Assembly (NCBI GenBank): GCA_010909165.1
Contig: MU008171.1
Coordinates: 806,001-870,000, forward strand
Length of the DNA: 64,000 nt
From: Anthoceros angustus
Lineage: Eukaryota; Plantae; Anthocerotophyta
Reading direction: 5' to 3'
The notes under the pieces: generated by a model
The model's input: the letters and a program-made list of their open reading frames with translations, nothing else
Databases searched by the model: none
What the model was told of the DNA's origin: nothing
Shown here: positions 1 to 12,400 of the stretch, one piece after another
Numbering within the stretch: position 1 is the first letter of the stretch
Layout of the letters: the number at the start of each line of letters is the position of its first letter
Made by a program: the position numbers and the translations under genes

Positions 1-1459
1 GTGGCGGCGCGTCTTAGCCTCTTGGTCCCCGCAGTCCGTCGGAGGCCTCGTGTTGTCGTCGTTCTTTGGGGTGATGCATCGAGCTGGGGCGTAACTCATA
101 CGATGCGCCTCTTCTTCTTGTTTTTGAGTGCGAGGAGGAGCGAGGATGTCCTCCACTTCCCTCGGTGGCGAGGTCCGCTCAGGGCGTATGGAGTCCGGGA
201 TTCCCTCAGTCTTCTTCTCCGGACCCTCTTGCCGGATGGGTGACCTCCGCCTCCTGCGCCTTCCTTCGCCTCCGGTAGGCGGCCCGCTTCCGGGGTCGCG
301 TTCCTCTTCACCCTCGCCGGGAGGTTCGCGTACATGAATTAAAATGGCGATAGCAGCGAGGCTTCTCACACCAGGCTTCTGATTGATCTGGCGAAGATGA
401 TCCTTCGATCGCCTCCTTCCCTCTGCGGCGCATGCGGGAACACCAATAGATTGTCACCAAGGTGATCTACCTTGGTGAGCATGTTCTAGTGGACAATGAT
501 CCTTGCCACTGCTCTCACCCTCATCCGGCGTCAGAGCATCAACGGTTGGTTGTTATTGTTCGTCCACAGCGACATGGCGGCCTTTGCCACCTCTATCTTT
601 CCTCTGGCCTTGAGGGGTTCCGGAACTACGCCCCCAATTTCCTCCGCTGGACGGTTGTAAACCGCCCTCAGGACCTCCACGGTCCACCTCCTAGGGTCCT
701 CTCGCAGGCTCTTAGATCGGACCTCCTTGTTGGCCGCTGCCTTCTTGGGTCCCATCCTCCCGCTCCCTCTGTCCCGTTGCTGAGGCGTGAAGCTCCACAA
801 TCTTTCGCTCCTCAGTCGCGATGTTAGTTGCTTCACTCGCCAATTCGAACTGCGCCGAAGGATGTTGGAGCGATCAAAAAGACAACGCCAGAGAGCCGGA
901 TGTCTGAGCGCGAGAGAATGCGAAACTCACCGCGAAGTTGTTTGGAAGAATGGCCTCCGCCTCACTTCTCTCCGCCGGAAGTAACCGCCGCGCGGGAGGG
1001 CGGCTCTTTGCTGTGAATCGCTGAGCCGCATGGCTTACTCTCGCCTTACGCCTACTGCCTTACGCCGCATGACGCTGGAGCGTGAATACCGCTATAACGG
1101 CCATCGGGTAATGCTACGGTCCCGGCCCGCATGCCCGTCTTCCACTCGGTGCCATCCACGTGGTGCCGCTCTGTTTAACTCACGCCCCAACTTCTAAGTT
1201 ACCTTACTGGGCGTACTTATCCCATTCTGACCCGGAGTGGGGTCCGGACTTATCCCGATACTCCGGTGCGTGGTCCGGGGTCCTTTGGAGTGGCACCGGG
1301 GTCCGTTACCTACCCCGGAGTTCGGAGTGCACTCCGGAGCACAGTCCGGAGTGCCGTCCGTGCTTATTCCTCCCTTTCCGCCTTATTTTACACTCCATAC
1401 CTACGAAAAAAAACAAACCCAGCTTATTTCCCCACCCCAAGGGAAGTCCGTTGTCCACA
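1..1459 (-). mobile_element. Copy 1 of a gag/pol-less two-ORF repeat element (5' terminal region plus frameshifted ORF1); runs off the window start
   Basis: Reverse complement of ~1020-1459 aligns by eye with 31972-32420, with a shared TGTGG start (ccaca at 1455-1459). ORF 531..836 (MGPKKAAANKEVRSK..EDPRRWTVEVLRAVYNRPAEEIGG) matches pieces at 32684-33100 and 44132-44437. Confidence 0.7.
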
Positions 1460-2250
1460 CCAAGTCAAGCGGTATCTCATCGTAGCAGAAAAAGAAGTCG
1501 ATGCCAATCGAAAGGCCTGGATGCAAGGTCAAGCCAGAAGCCAAGAGCCTGCTCCCTTTCCTAAACAAGAGCGGAGGTGAGCTCGAGTAGGTTGAGCAAT
1601 GGAGGAATCCAAAAGAAGGGCCTGTTTCACGTGCCTATGCTGTTTCTCCTGGAGAAAGGCCTGAAGCCCACGGAAACCATCTTCAAGGAACGAGGAAAAA
1701 GAGCCATAACCTCCCGTCCCTAAGAGGATGAAAGGCCCCTACCCGACCTTAAGGACACTTGTAGGGCAAAAGCCCCTCCTCTACGCCCGAGACAAATCCG
1801 TCCAAAATGCAAGAATCCTTGATTAGGAAGCGAGAGGTCAAGGTAGGGAAGGAGGAGGCTCAGGTTCCAAGAAAGGCCATCGGCACAGAGGCGAAGAAAA
1901 AGGCACAGTTCGAATATGGTACCTTGGATGACGCATGAAGCAAGAAGAGAGGATACCAAATGCCACCTTTGGGTCCCCTACTAAAGAAAGGTCTCTAATG
2001 TGCGCCAAGTCCTCCTTCAAAGCTGTATCCACGTACTCCTGTATCAAGTCAAAGGGCCCCGTCGAAACCCCTCAAATGCAACGTTCCTGCGACGAAGCAA
2101 TATCCTGCTAGGATATTGAAGAGAGGGCGTAATACTTGACGAGAACTACACCTTGCATTTAAAAATCTTAACCTTCAAACCAAGGCAAGAGAAGTTCTAG
2201 GAGAAGAGTTTGAAACCTTCCTTGACCTTATTCCCCAGCCCTAGAGTAAT
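1460..2250 (-). mobile_element. Degenerate CRE-like non-LTR retrotransposon fragment (C-terminal part of RT)
   Basis: ORF 1838..2047 (QEYVDTALKEDLAHIRDLSLVGDPKVAFGILSSCFMRHPRYHIRTVP) resembles, from recall, the LGDPQVAFGIL..C....P.YLLRT.P segment of CRE-like RTs of non-seed plants. Upstream LGLKVKIFKC fits the preceding RT motif. Confidence 0.6.
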
Positions 2251-2568
2251 ATAATAGAGGATTTTCACAAAATAATAATTTTCATATAAAAATCCTAATT
2301 AAATTAAAAATATATCAGTTTTCACTTCTAATAAATATATAATTATTTAGAATATTATTTATTAAAATATTAAATTAAATTTTTTTCATACCAAAGTTTA
2401 TTATGGTAGTAAATTATGAGCTTGGTACAGAAAAAAATTTGATGAAAAAAACTAGCAAGCATTTTCAGTTCTTGCTACTAAGGGCATTGATGAAAGAACA
2501 ACTTATTAATTGAAAACATGTACCCGTACTTGTGCAAGTACAATAAATTTCATTGGTATTGAATTTGT

Positions 2569-4525
2569 TCATGATGCCGTTGCCGGCTCTTTTGTGCTAA
2601 GTTTTTTTCGATTCCAGGATAGGTAAGAGGTATCTCCTAAAGGCCTATCAAAAAAAGTGCGTTCATCTATTTGTAGTGAATAAAAATATTTATTCATAAA
2701 AATAAGTGAGAAAAGAAATTATCTCATCAAAAAATTAATAAGTATGTATGCATATAGCATAATAGAACTTTTTTCTTACCTAGGATGTTGATGGTGCAAA
2801 AGGAAAAATAACACAGCCATAGCAATGGAGAAAAATCCAACAACAAGATAGGCAGTACCCAAAAAAGGATTTTTGCCACCTATCCATGTCGTGGTTGATA
2901 AGACAAGTCTCTTCTCTCCGTTAAATGAGTATGTGTTATAATTATTTTGAAGGTCAACTTCAATAATATCACCAGCATAGAAGTCTTGTTCTATTCTACC
3001 CCATAGCTTCCGAAATGTGGGTAGAGCTGCTGTGCGCATCCAAACAAGAAAATCTTCATTTTCATTCAGCTGTAATACATCCATTATTTCAATTGGATGA
3101 AAATTTATACACGATACTTCATAAGATGTTTAACCCATTTACAACGTAGACTTACAGGAATAGTTTCATCCAAACTACCACCACCCACATAGTAACCATT
3201 GGAGGCACCTAAATTATTTGGGAAGTTCTTGGGATAGACATTTTTCCCAAACTTCTGTGTTCGGTCACTTTTCCATGCTATTCCTTTCTTGTTCACTTGC
3301 AAACTTTGGGTCCCAAGAGTAAACTTATATGTATCATTAAACAAGCTCCATGCAATCAATCCACATGGAACTATGACTGATCCATCTGGAAGATAGTCTT
3401 CTGGTGTACAGGTGCTCACATCGTTCAGATTGGTTCCTCGTAGTTGTCTATCACTCCTACTTTTTACATATCTGTATTTTCAATTTGGAAAGTTTGAAAA
3501 AGTATATGAAACTTATTGTTAATCCTACAAAACACTCATAATCAATAAGAAGACATACCTTCTATGATTTTGATAAAAGTTAGTCAATTCATAATATATA
3601 AATACAGGAGCTTTCATATATCGTGGGATCTATCACATTACAAGTTATTAAGATAGTATTGAAACATCAGCTAAATTTTGTGGGTGACTATACCCTTCTA
3701 CCTACTTTAAAAATACAAAGAGGTCTAAACTAAAATCTAATATAAAAGTATTACCCAAAATTTATAATTTGAGTTTTTTAAGAACTTCTACCAAGCTTAC
3801 TTGTAAATGACGTACGCAACTCTTGTCTGTTAGGTAGTTTTGTATATGTGCAATCCTTTTCTCTTTGCTAAAATCAGATGGTAAACATGCATCATCATAT
3901 CTATCAACAATTTCTACAACCTACAAGACCAATAAATAGAAATATTTTATCTTATGGGCCTGGTTTGCATAGGGTAAGACGAAAAATTTTCTTGATTTGA
4001 AACCGAGTTATGTCATGTATTTTAAAATTCAGTTACAATTATTTTAGAAAATTTGAGTTATCTATATATAGTTAAACTTGAATACAATTGTTCTAATGAT
4101 GTACCCTGTTGGAGGCAGCAAGTGCTATTGATCCAATAGGAATGAATATCACTGCTACACTTATAAAACCAATCATTATCTATGAAAACAAGCATGCTAT
4201 CATATTGTAAGTATGTATTTTACTATCATTACTATTATTCAATAATAAGTTTTAAGCTTTTGAAGCAAAAAAAATATAACATTTTCTTACAACTCCTGGT
4301 GTCAGCAAAGGCTTCCATGCTGGAAGCTCCTGCTGGGTAAATTTGGAATCTAGTAGTTTGAACAAAAAATCAATTTTTGAAATGAAATTTAATATTTTAT
4401 AAATTCATGTAAATTATACAAAGAAAACCAAATAAGGAAAGTAATCATGCACATTTAGGTTTTTGATTGGTGTTCCTTGATTCGCTAGAGATGTCCTGGG
4501 ACGTGCTCGCTATACTTGACTCCAT
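2569..4525 (-). CDS. ALIS: CDC50/LEM3 family ALA-interacting subunit (P4-ATPase flippase beta subunit), 8 exons
   Basis: Hand-spliced with GT-AG introns. Exon 1 4525-4453 MESSIAS..QKPK; exon 2 4349-4291 [19 protein letters not shown]; then [83 protein letters not shown]; last exon [13 protein letters not shown]; TGA at 2569-2571. No frameshift seen. Confidence 0.95.
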
Positions 4526-4636
4526 TTATATGCTTAAGCTTTTATACATGAAGATAGAATTCTTGAAAATAAAATTGACTTCATTTACATACCAGCTTCA
4601 ACCTTACTTAAACCATCAATGTATAATTGATGGGGA

Positions 4637-4723
4637 TTGATGAATCTGAAAGCTTAATAATTGAAAAGCTTAATAATTGATGAATCTGAAAGCTTAATAA
4701 TTGATGAATCTGAAAGCTTAATA
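4637..4723. repeat. Short tandem repeat, ~24 bp unit (GATGAATCTGAAAGCTTAATAATT), ~3.5 copies, upstream of ALIS ATG
   Basis: Unit read directly, with one truncated internal copy. Confidence 0.85.
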
Positions 4724-5229
4724 AGACCTGATTTGAATGTCGGAAGCCAATTACATTGCACAAAATGACAAATTTTCTTCTCAACTATGATAGATGTAAG
4801 TAGCATAATTTTATTTCAAATTATTTTAATATGTATAAAATTATTTTATTGAATATATTTTTATTAGGATAAATTTAGAGCTGACCTAAGATTAGTGTTT
4901 ATACTTATTTTTTTATTTTTTTTAATTTGATTTTTTTAATAAAAATGAAAATTAAATTAATCAAAGGTAGTATTCCATGTTTGTATGTACAAGGTCAATC
5001 ATTAGAATCTTATTTAGAGTGTGCCTCATACAGTAAGTAATGGTTGTACACCTTTTTAATATGCATCGTAAGTATATGTTCCACATTTGTCACACGGGTC
5101 TTCATTAGTAGTGATAGCATATCTTTTTGATATGCATCGTAAATATATCTTACAAATTTTGCCACACAGATCTATTCTTCATAATTGATGAACAATATAG
5201 TTAACTCTAATGTTGATAGTAAAACTATG

Positions 5230-6120
5230 TAGCTAAATTCTAGTGATGAAGAGTTTTACTAGGTTCTGTAGAGTGAACGTTTGGGGGATGTAAAAATAAA
5301 GGATAGTACTAAGTAGTCTAGTTTTTAATATATTGAACTCGAATGTTGAGAGTAAAAATACTTTTTATTACTAAATTCTAGTGATGGAGGTTTTACGCCT
5401 ACAGTGAACCTTTGAGGTACATAAAATTACACAAAGTACTAAGTAGTCTAGTTTTTTAATATAATTTTATGACTGTAAACAATGAGAAGATTTTGTATAA
5501 GATTTTAGAATATCTTCTTTACAGAAATTAGTATTAATGTACATGAGCTAATGTACAGCTACCACAATGTACAAGAGATAATAAAGAAGTTTGCATTAGT
5601 CTATGGATTAAATAAGCATATATAATCACAATATATAAAGCCCACAAGGACCAAAGAAGGAAAGAGAGACAAAAGCTCAACTTTTCACGACTAAATGATT
5701 GCATCTAAAACAATAAGAGTTTTATGCTAGATTCAGTTATTGCATAAGGTGGCGCCTATAGTGATCATTAATAGTCAAAATTAAAACTCTCAAGGACTTT
5801 CTTTTGAAAAAAGGAGAGCATAACCACTACTATGTCGATAAGTGGTGCAAAACAAGTATTGTATCGATAATAATGGAAAAGTATGTACAGATAGATGTTG
5901 TTTGCACTTTATAAATGTAGAGAGAATATTTATTTATAATTAAATATAATAAATTATCATAAGAAGGTGAACATAAACTTATTATAAGTGGTGCAAAGAA
6001 ATTATTTTATTGATGATAATGAGAAAGTATGTACGGATTTTTTGCACTTCACAAATCTACAGAGAATATTTTTAATTCAATATAATAAATTATCATAAGA
6101 AACTGAACATAAACTAATTA
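5230..6120. repeat. Two degenerate local direct duplications in AT-rich intergenic DNA (~5230-5460 and ~5840-6120)
   Basis: CTAAATTCTAGTGATG..AGTACTAAGTAGTCTAGTTTTT occurs twice; AAGTGGTGCAAA..ATAATAAATTATCATAAGAA..GAACATAAACT occurs twice. Confidence 0.7.
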
Positions 6121-7019
6121 CCCTAGTTATACGAATCAATTAACTACAAAGTCATCATAGTTCAATGACACAGTGGTTCAGTGAAGAAGTCACTCTACAA
6201 GTCATGCTCAATTTTATGGGTGAGCAGTAGCAACCAAGAACTCAAAGGATGTATATAGATTTACAAGAAAGATACCTTTTCATGTTCTTATTTAGAGTCG
6301 TATAAATTAATATACAAAAATATTTAAATAATTAATAAGAACAAATATATTTCTTATATTTATTAAATAACTTGTGCTGAAGGTGTCCGTGCTACAAGAG
6401 GAGAATTTCCCTCTAGGTTTTCGTTTAGATCTGTTGTCGCTCATGTGCTAGGTTTGTTGTTATGTGTTCTTTATATAAAGCCTAAAAAAAGGAGGAGAAT
6501 TTATAGAGAATGACTAGGTACTTTTCTTCTAAGTACATCTAAAAGGCATCTAGGGGTTTTAGTCCACCGCGGCAACTCGTGTATAAAAAGCCTCTAGGGG
6601 TTTTAGTTCTTCAATAGAAACAGCACAGTTAAGAGACCACCTTAGAGACAATCTTGATGGAAGCTTGTTTCTGGGATTGGAATGATAGATATCATGTTAT
6701 TTTTCCTAAATCGAATCGTCTACCGCGGCAACTCGTGTGGAAAATGATCTGGTTTGAAAGCTTGAAAGGCGGTAGGGTCCATCGCTTGCCTTGTTGAGGT
6801 CGGGTGCCGCGAAGAGGAGTGGGGAGAGCTTATTGGTGAGGTCGTTGAGGTTGGGTTTACCAATTGGTTCCCCGCACACGCGCTAAGCCAAGCAATTCGA
6901 GGCGGTTCCCGTTCCTCATACGAAATGCACAGCGTTTAGAAATGTCACCTTCTGTGTGAGGCAGGGGAGAAATCACCATCTGGCCAGCTGATATCCTAGC
7001 CAACATAAACCCCTCTTTT

Positions 7020-7027
7020 AAACCCTA
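7020..7027 (+). promoter_or_regulatory. Telo-box (AAACCCTA) 33-40 nt upstream of ATG 7060
   Basis: Exact AAACCCTA motif just upstream of the start codon. Function is inferred from known plant telo-boxes. Confidence 0.45.
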
Positions 7028-7059
7028 GCTGAGTCCAACCCAGCACCTGCGACACAGCC

Positions 7060-8336
7060 ATGATAAAGCGGCGGGATTACAGGCTGCTTCACCCCCGCAA
7101 CCACGATGAGGCCTCCGACTCTTCCTCATGTTCAGAAGACTCTGGCAGCGATGCGGAGGAAGTCGAGTCTTCAGATAATGGGGACTGGCCTGGTGTGCTG
7201 GCGTCGCCTCCTTTTTCTGGCAAAAAATTGGATTGAGCCGGATGCTTGTGAGCTAATTTTGGTGTTTATCAGAGGAATCCACGCTCGCGGAGTTGGAAGA
7301 GCTGCAAAAAACTGCCGATGTATCAGCTAAGCAAAGAGCGGAGCACTCCAGCCAAAGGGCAGAAGCTGTGAAGGAGCCGAAGAAGGGTCGGCCCGTTGGG
7401 AATTTTGAAGATCCTATGGTGTTGCGGACAGGACGGACTGAAGGTGTATTGAGATGCCGACTGTGTCCTAAAACCATTTGTTTGTCAGATGATACAATGC
7501 GCGCACACCTTGGCTCTAAAGTACGAATGTGTGTAAAGTTTTGTGTCCTTGTGATGAATTGCGTGGTTTTTCCCCGTCTGGTGGAGTTGTTGTGAAGAGG
7601 CGTGGTCCCTGTGCGGTCATGGCTTGTGCTTTCGTTCTAAGGATGTCAAGTACTCTGGCAGGGTCATGCTAGGGCTGCGAAGCAGTTTTCAGAAGGCAGG
7701 CTGAAAGTCATGCTGAACAGTGATGGGGAAGAGGAAGGAGCTGAGGAGGGGGAGACGCATGCCGAACGCTTGAAAAGAATCATTGCCGTGACAGAGGTCT
7801 ACTTTTTTGCTTGGGCATATGCGATTCTGGATGTATTTGATCCTCTTTGTGGTTAAGCTTCTAGCGGGAGTGGCTGGTTTGTGAGAAATGATATGCTGAT
7901 GTCTCTTGGTTCACTCAGCAAGAAGCTCCGAAGCAGGAGCCCAGCAAGAAGAAGCAATCTGGAAGGCAGCGACAGCATTTGCGGAACAAGAAGAAGGTAT
8001 GCCGTGTCGGATTTCGTGTGATTCAGTTCCTGGGTCGGCAAGAATAACAAATGGTAGGGACTTGGTGGTCAGGCGAAGGCAGAGTCCAAGGGAAGAGGAG
8101 AGCAGGTCCCGGCAGCAAACCCCGAGAAGCCAGATAGTCGACTTTCTGGACCACGGAGCGAGGACAAGGTCGTGAGCAATGTGAGTGTAGGAGTGAAGAA
8201 GAATATCAGGAGCAAAGATCAGGCTGTAATAGCAGAGAGCAAGCTAGGTCAAAAAAAGAAGAAAAGATCTGATAATGGAATGCCGTCGCAAGACAATGGA
8301 ATGCAGACGAAGAGAAGGAAAAGCACGCAGGCTTGA
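7060..8336 (+). CDS. Conserved plant uncharacterised protein: acidic N-terminus, C2H2-like zinc finger, Lys-rich C-terminus (multi-exon)
   Basis: ATG 7060 MIKRRDYRLLHPRNHDEASDSSSCSEDSGSDAEE; exon LRCRLCPKTICLSDDTMRAHLGSK spliced to GHARAAKQFSEGRLKVMLNSDGEEEG..ETHAERL. This matches a recalled land-plant family (MIKRR.., C..CP..VCL....M..HL.SK.H). The stop at 8334-8336 is less certain. Confidence 0.8.
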
Positions 8337-8570
8337 ATGTGAGGTGCACGAAGCAGGAGGCGTAGACACAGTGTGCGACAAGGCTGTTGGTGTGCAAGAG
8401 AACAATATCCTAGAGAACGATATAACTTTTTGCAATTCAATCTTCCTGATGTCTCTCGTCCCACTTAAATTTCTTATCGGCTGAAGATGGTGATACATGA
8501 GAAGGGCAGTGCACTCTTCCGGGTTTAGACCGTTTTGTGCGCAATCTGCAGCCAACGGAGTCGTGTGACA

Positions 8571-9422
8571 ATGGCAACCATGTCGTATGCCCAGCTTGTC
8601 TCCTCAGCTGCACCGCTCTCGTCTTCGGCTCCATCCACCTGTAGCCACGAGCGAGCTGTCATTCTGCGCCAACACCTCATCGTTGGCAGGTGCCCCCTCA
8701 GGAATCTAGCAAGGGCAGCCAAACCAGCTGGAAGCACGACTCAGCTGCGGCTCACGGGCCTCAGTTCTATCAGAGCGCAAGCGGGTCAGGAGGAGAATCG
8801 GGAGCCGAAGGCCGATTCTGGACCCGAAGAGAAGGCATGCTTCTTCATCTTCGTCATGAAATGAGAGATATGGAGCAGTTTGCATTTCTGATGGTTTGGT
8901 GTTGGAAGCAGATTCCTTTCGGCTACACTAGGAAGGATGTGATACTAGTAGGAGTGGGCCTCATCGGTGTCGGAGTTGGACTCAAGTTTGGGCTGGAGGT
9001 TTGTACTTTTCTCTCCAGCGTGATCCTGGATGCCATCGGGACGAGAAGTTGGATCCTCAATGTGGAATTACTGTGGCAGGCATTCGGAGTGGACTCCTTG
9101 AGGGCTGGTAATGCCGTGCAACTCATTATGGTTCTAGGGCTCACGCTCGGGTGGATATCAAGCTACGTGTTCAGAGTATCCACCAAGGAGATGACATACG
9201 CCAAACAGTTGAAGGACTACGAGAACAAAGTCATGGAGGTTGCACGCGTTGCCTGTCTTCCCTGTGGTCGTTCAGCTTGGCTTGAGTGGTGCACTTAAGA
9301 GTTATGGTCGTTTTGTCCAGAAACGATTGGAAGAGCTGCCTGAGGCAGAGCTGGAAACAATGCTAGCGCAGATAGAGGAAGAAAAGCGACAGCTACAAGA
9401 CCGCAGGAAAAACATTCTGTAG
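8571..9422 (+). CDS. DUF3007 family plastid-targeted membrane protein, 4 exons
   Basis: Ser/Ala-rich transit-peptide-like N-terminus; FGYTRKDVILVGVGLIG, LRAGNAVQL, GWISSYVFRVSTKEMTYAKQLKDYENKVMEKRLEEL. Introns 8835-8911 (GC-AG), 8999-9079 and 9239-9320; TAG 9420-9422. Confidence 0.9.
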
Positions 9423-9466
9423 ACATCAGGGGAACGGTAAAATCGCTTTTCGAGTAACCGAGTTGG

Positions 9467-12400
9467 TTACAGTTTCTTGTATTGCTCAATGAGCTCCGAT
9501 GCATGCAGGCGAGAATTGGGCTCCACCGTGCAGCCAAGGCTTCTGAGATATGCTTTCTGAGAACACCAACAAGGAAATGGATTAGGCTGAACTTCTCACA
9601 TAATGCTTCGCTCTTCAAGTTGGCTTAGCACAAGTTGGTCTACCTGTTTGGGTGTTGCAGCTGAAGAACTCATAGCTCTCTCAGTCCCCATTTGCTGAAA
9701 ATGTTCCTGAAAGCGAAGTAATGCAAGGCGTCGTTAGGTTGTATGGCTATCACGCCAGTGCACAGTAGTTCAGACGATTCCAAGCATATTCCGTAACGAA
9801 CCTGACGCTCTGCTTGTAAGAGCACACGATCTTCTACAGGTACTTTGGTCCAGTTGATTACCTGAAAATCTTGCGAAAGCATTTAATTGACTATCCACCT
9901 AAGAAAGATCCTCTGAAACAGTGGCCGATCGAAAAGTACTTACATGCACAGCATACGCCAATGCTTCCTTATCCTTCAATGAAGCCTTCAGAGCATGCAA
10001 CAAGTCCTGCAGCAGGAAGGGTTCGAGTCAACTGCCCAGCTAGGACTCCCAGCCGCAAACATGGGGTAATCTCGTAAGCAAGGGATCGCCTACCCTGTTC
10101 TTGGTGGCCTTGGCCCGAAGACGCTCATCAATAACAAATCCAACCTGGGGACGCAATTGTTTTACAAGTGGGCTTAACTATCATTCTCAGCTCAGTGTTT
10201 TGCTTCAACGTACCTTGTCAAGTAATCGGGATGGATCCTGAAAAGCAGGCTTTTTCGCCCAGGTGTGGAAGAGCCCAGCCACAGTTGATCTTGAATCCAC
10301 GGAGAACCTGTCATCCAGATTCTGATGACGTGGCATGTGTGTCAAAGAAAGGAAGGTCGCCTAAATGAATATCTCCGAGACTCACCCTTTTAAAAATGTT
10401 CCTGCATATGACAACCCCTCTGGTGCTCCCTTGGCAACGAGATCGACTTCTGAAGGTCTCGCTTGGGCTGCTCCGTAGGCCTCAGGGTTACAGTGGCCCA
10501 ACTCAGAATGAGATTCTGATCTTGTAACTTGGCAATTATCATCGTATCTCTGCTCTTACAGAGGTTCCAAACAAAGTCGTAAGAAACCATCAGGTTTGCT
10601 AAGAAGAGGTGCAGGCGCAAAAAAGGTGGTGATTAACTTACTTCCAGGTTCAAGAGCTCAGCTGGTATCTCCTTGAGAAACCGAGACGGTTGAAGCAGCT
10701 ACCCAAACGAGGGTTTAATGTCAATCTGGAGGGAATCACATAACCTGAAAGCAATCTGAAGCAAGTTGAGAATAACTAATTACCTGCCTGTGTGTATCTA
10801 AAAGCACATAACAGATGTAGAGTTTCTTCCGAGCTCTGGTCATGGCAACATAAAATAACCTGCGTTCCTCCTACAGAGGCAGAATATATGACGTCTCAGA
10901 GCTTTTGCAAGACAATTACTGCCGTAACCAAATGCAGAAATTCGACTCCGCATGAGCGAACCTCCAGTGACCCCGCACCATCATCCCCAGCGCTTTCAAC
11001 AGCCTCACGTAGTAGTGGAGTCTCTGAGTCGTTAGCCTGTTACACCACTAAATATGTTCCAACATGACGGAGAATACTAAGGAATTTCGATGACTATGAA
11101 CAGATTTTAGTTAAAGCACACGAGAACTGGGGGTCAATCAGCGTACCTTGACGATATATACGGTGTCCCACTCCAAGCCTTTAGACTACATACCACAGCA
11201 TCACAGACCAGTGCTTTTTACTGTATCTGTCTAAGCAATTTTCTCTTCCAAGTCACGAAACCCTGGAAGATGTACAATGTGCGTTGAGGTCACCTGATGC
11301 ATAGTTGTCAGAGTGATGGAGTTTTTGTTTTCCTCCCGCCGCAATCTATAATTCTCAGCCTCGCGGGCACCAATGTGATCCAGGAATGCCGTTACTATTC
11401 TCACACATCCTTTCTCTTTCCCAATTTCGCTTGGACCTTCTCCAGATTCAATGCTTACAGCAGGCATTGGATCAAAATGGTCACGCAGAAAGTCATTTAC
11501 ATCATCACGAAAATAATCCATAATCTGCGACGAGGAGCTGGATGTCAAATGCCAACTAAAACAATGCACCGTGCAACGAGACAAAGATGCAGTCAAAGTT
11601 GATGCACCGTGAACTTCGTGAAGCTAATGCTTGGGCACAATTCTAACCACGTCTCCATATTGCGGATGGCTCTTATCTTACCGTTCTAGAATCATAATCC
11701 TCATTTAGAAGCTTCCCTCCGTTCTCGTCAACAATCGCACGAGACTCAAAAGCATGTCTCTGGGATGGGAAAGAAAATCAAGGTTAAGGGTGGTCAAACA
11801 AGCTGCCTAGTGTACATAATACAGAAATATTACCATGCACAAGGTCAGACATTCAAGAGAATTGGAAGAGTGGCATACCTGGGGTAGGAGGTTGATAGCA
11901 GCAGTCACTAGTGCTGATAGTGATTGTTCCTGAAGGCATCTACCGGATGAGTAATTGGTTAAACTAACAGGCACACCCATCTAAGAATGATCCGGACAGA
12001 AGGATACCTTGTAGACCAGTCGCTTCATCATCAGCACACAACTTAACACCTTCCGTCCTAAAGCAAGCTGGTGCCTGTGAGAACAGTACTGAGGATGTCA
12101 TCTCTACATTCTATTGCATCCTTCAATACATTGTTAAAGATTAACGAAGAGACCATAGGGGTGGATTCAAGACCTGCTGAAGGTTCCAGATATCTTGGCT
12201 GAGAAAATGGTTTCAGCTGCCTGCCAGAACGGAGTTTTGTTGACAGTTGCTACTTTATCCACATATTCCACGACCTGCCACAAAGCAAGTGCCTCAGGTG
12301 AGTTTGTCAGAGCTGTCTTGCTTGTCCTTGGGTAGACACTAGTGTACTAGTGACATACCCTTTTGATTTCAGCTTTGTCACTGGGATACAGTGCCTTGAA

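Noticed and set aside
2776-2781. ORF-track stop at 2776 as the ALIS end
   Set aside because: CCTAG|GTAAG is a splice donor; the conserved RPLGD.SYLSWNR exon follows and ends at 2569.
2250-6500. AT-rich block as organellar or bacterial insertion
   Set aside because: It contains a spliceosomal-intron nuclear gene (ALIS) and no plastid, mitochondrial or bacterial gene signatures were seen.
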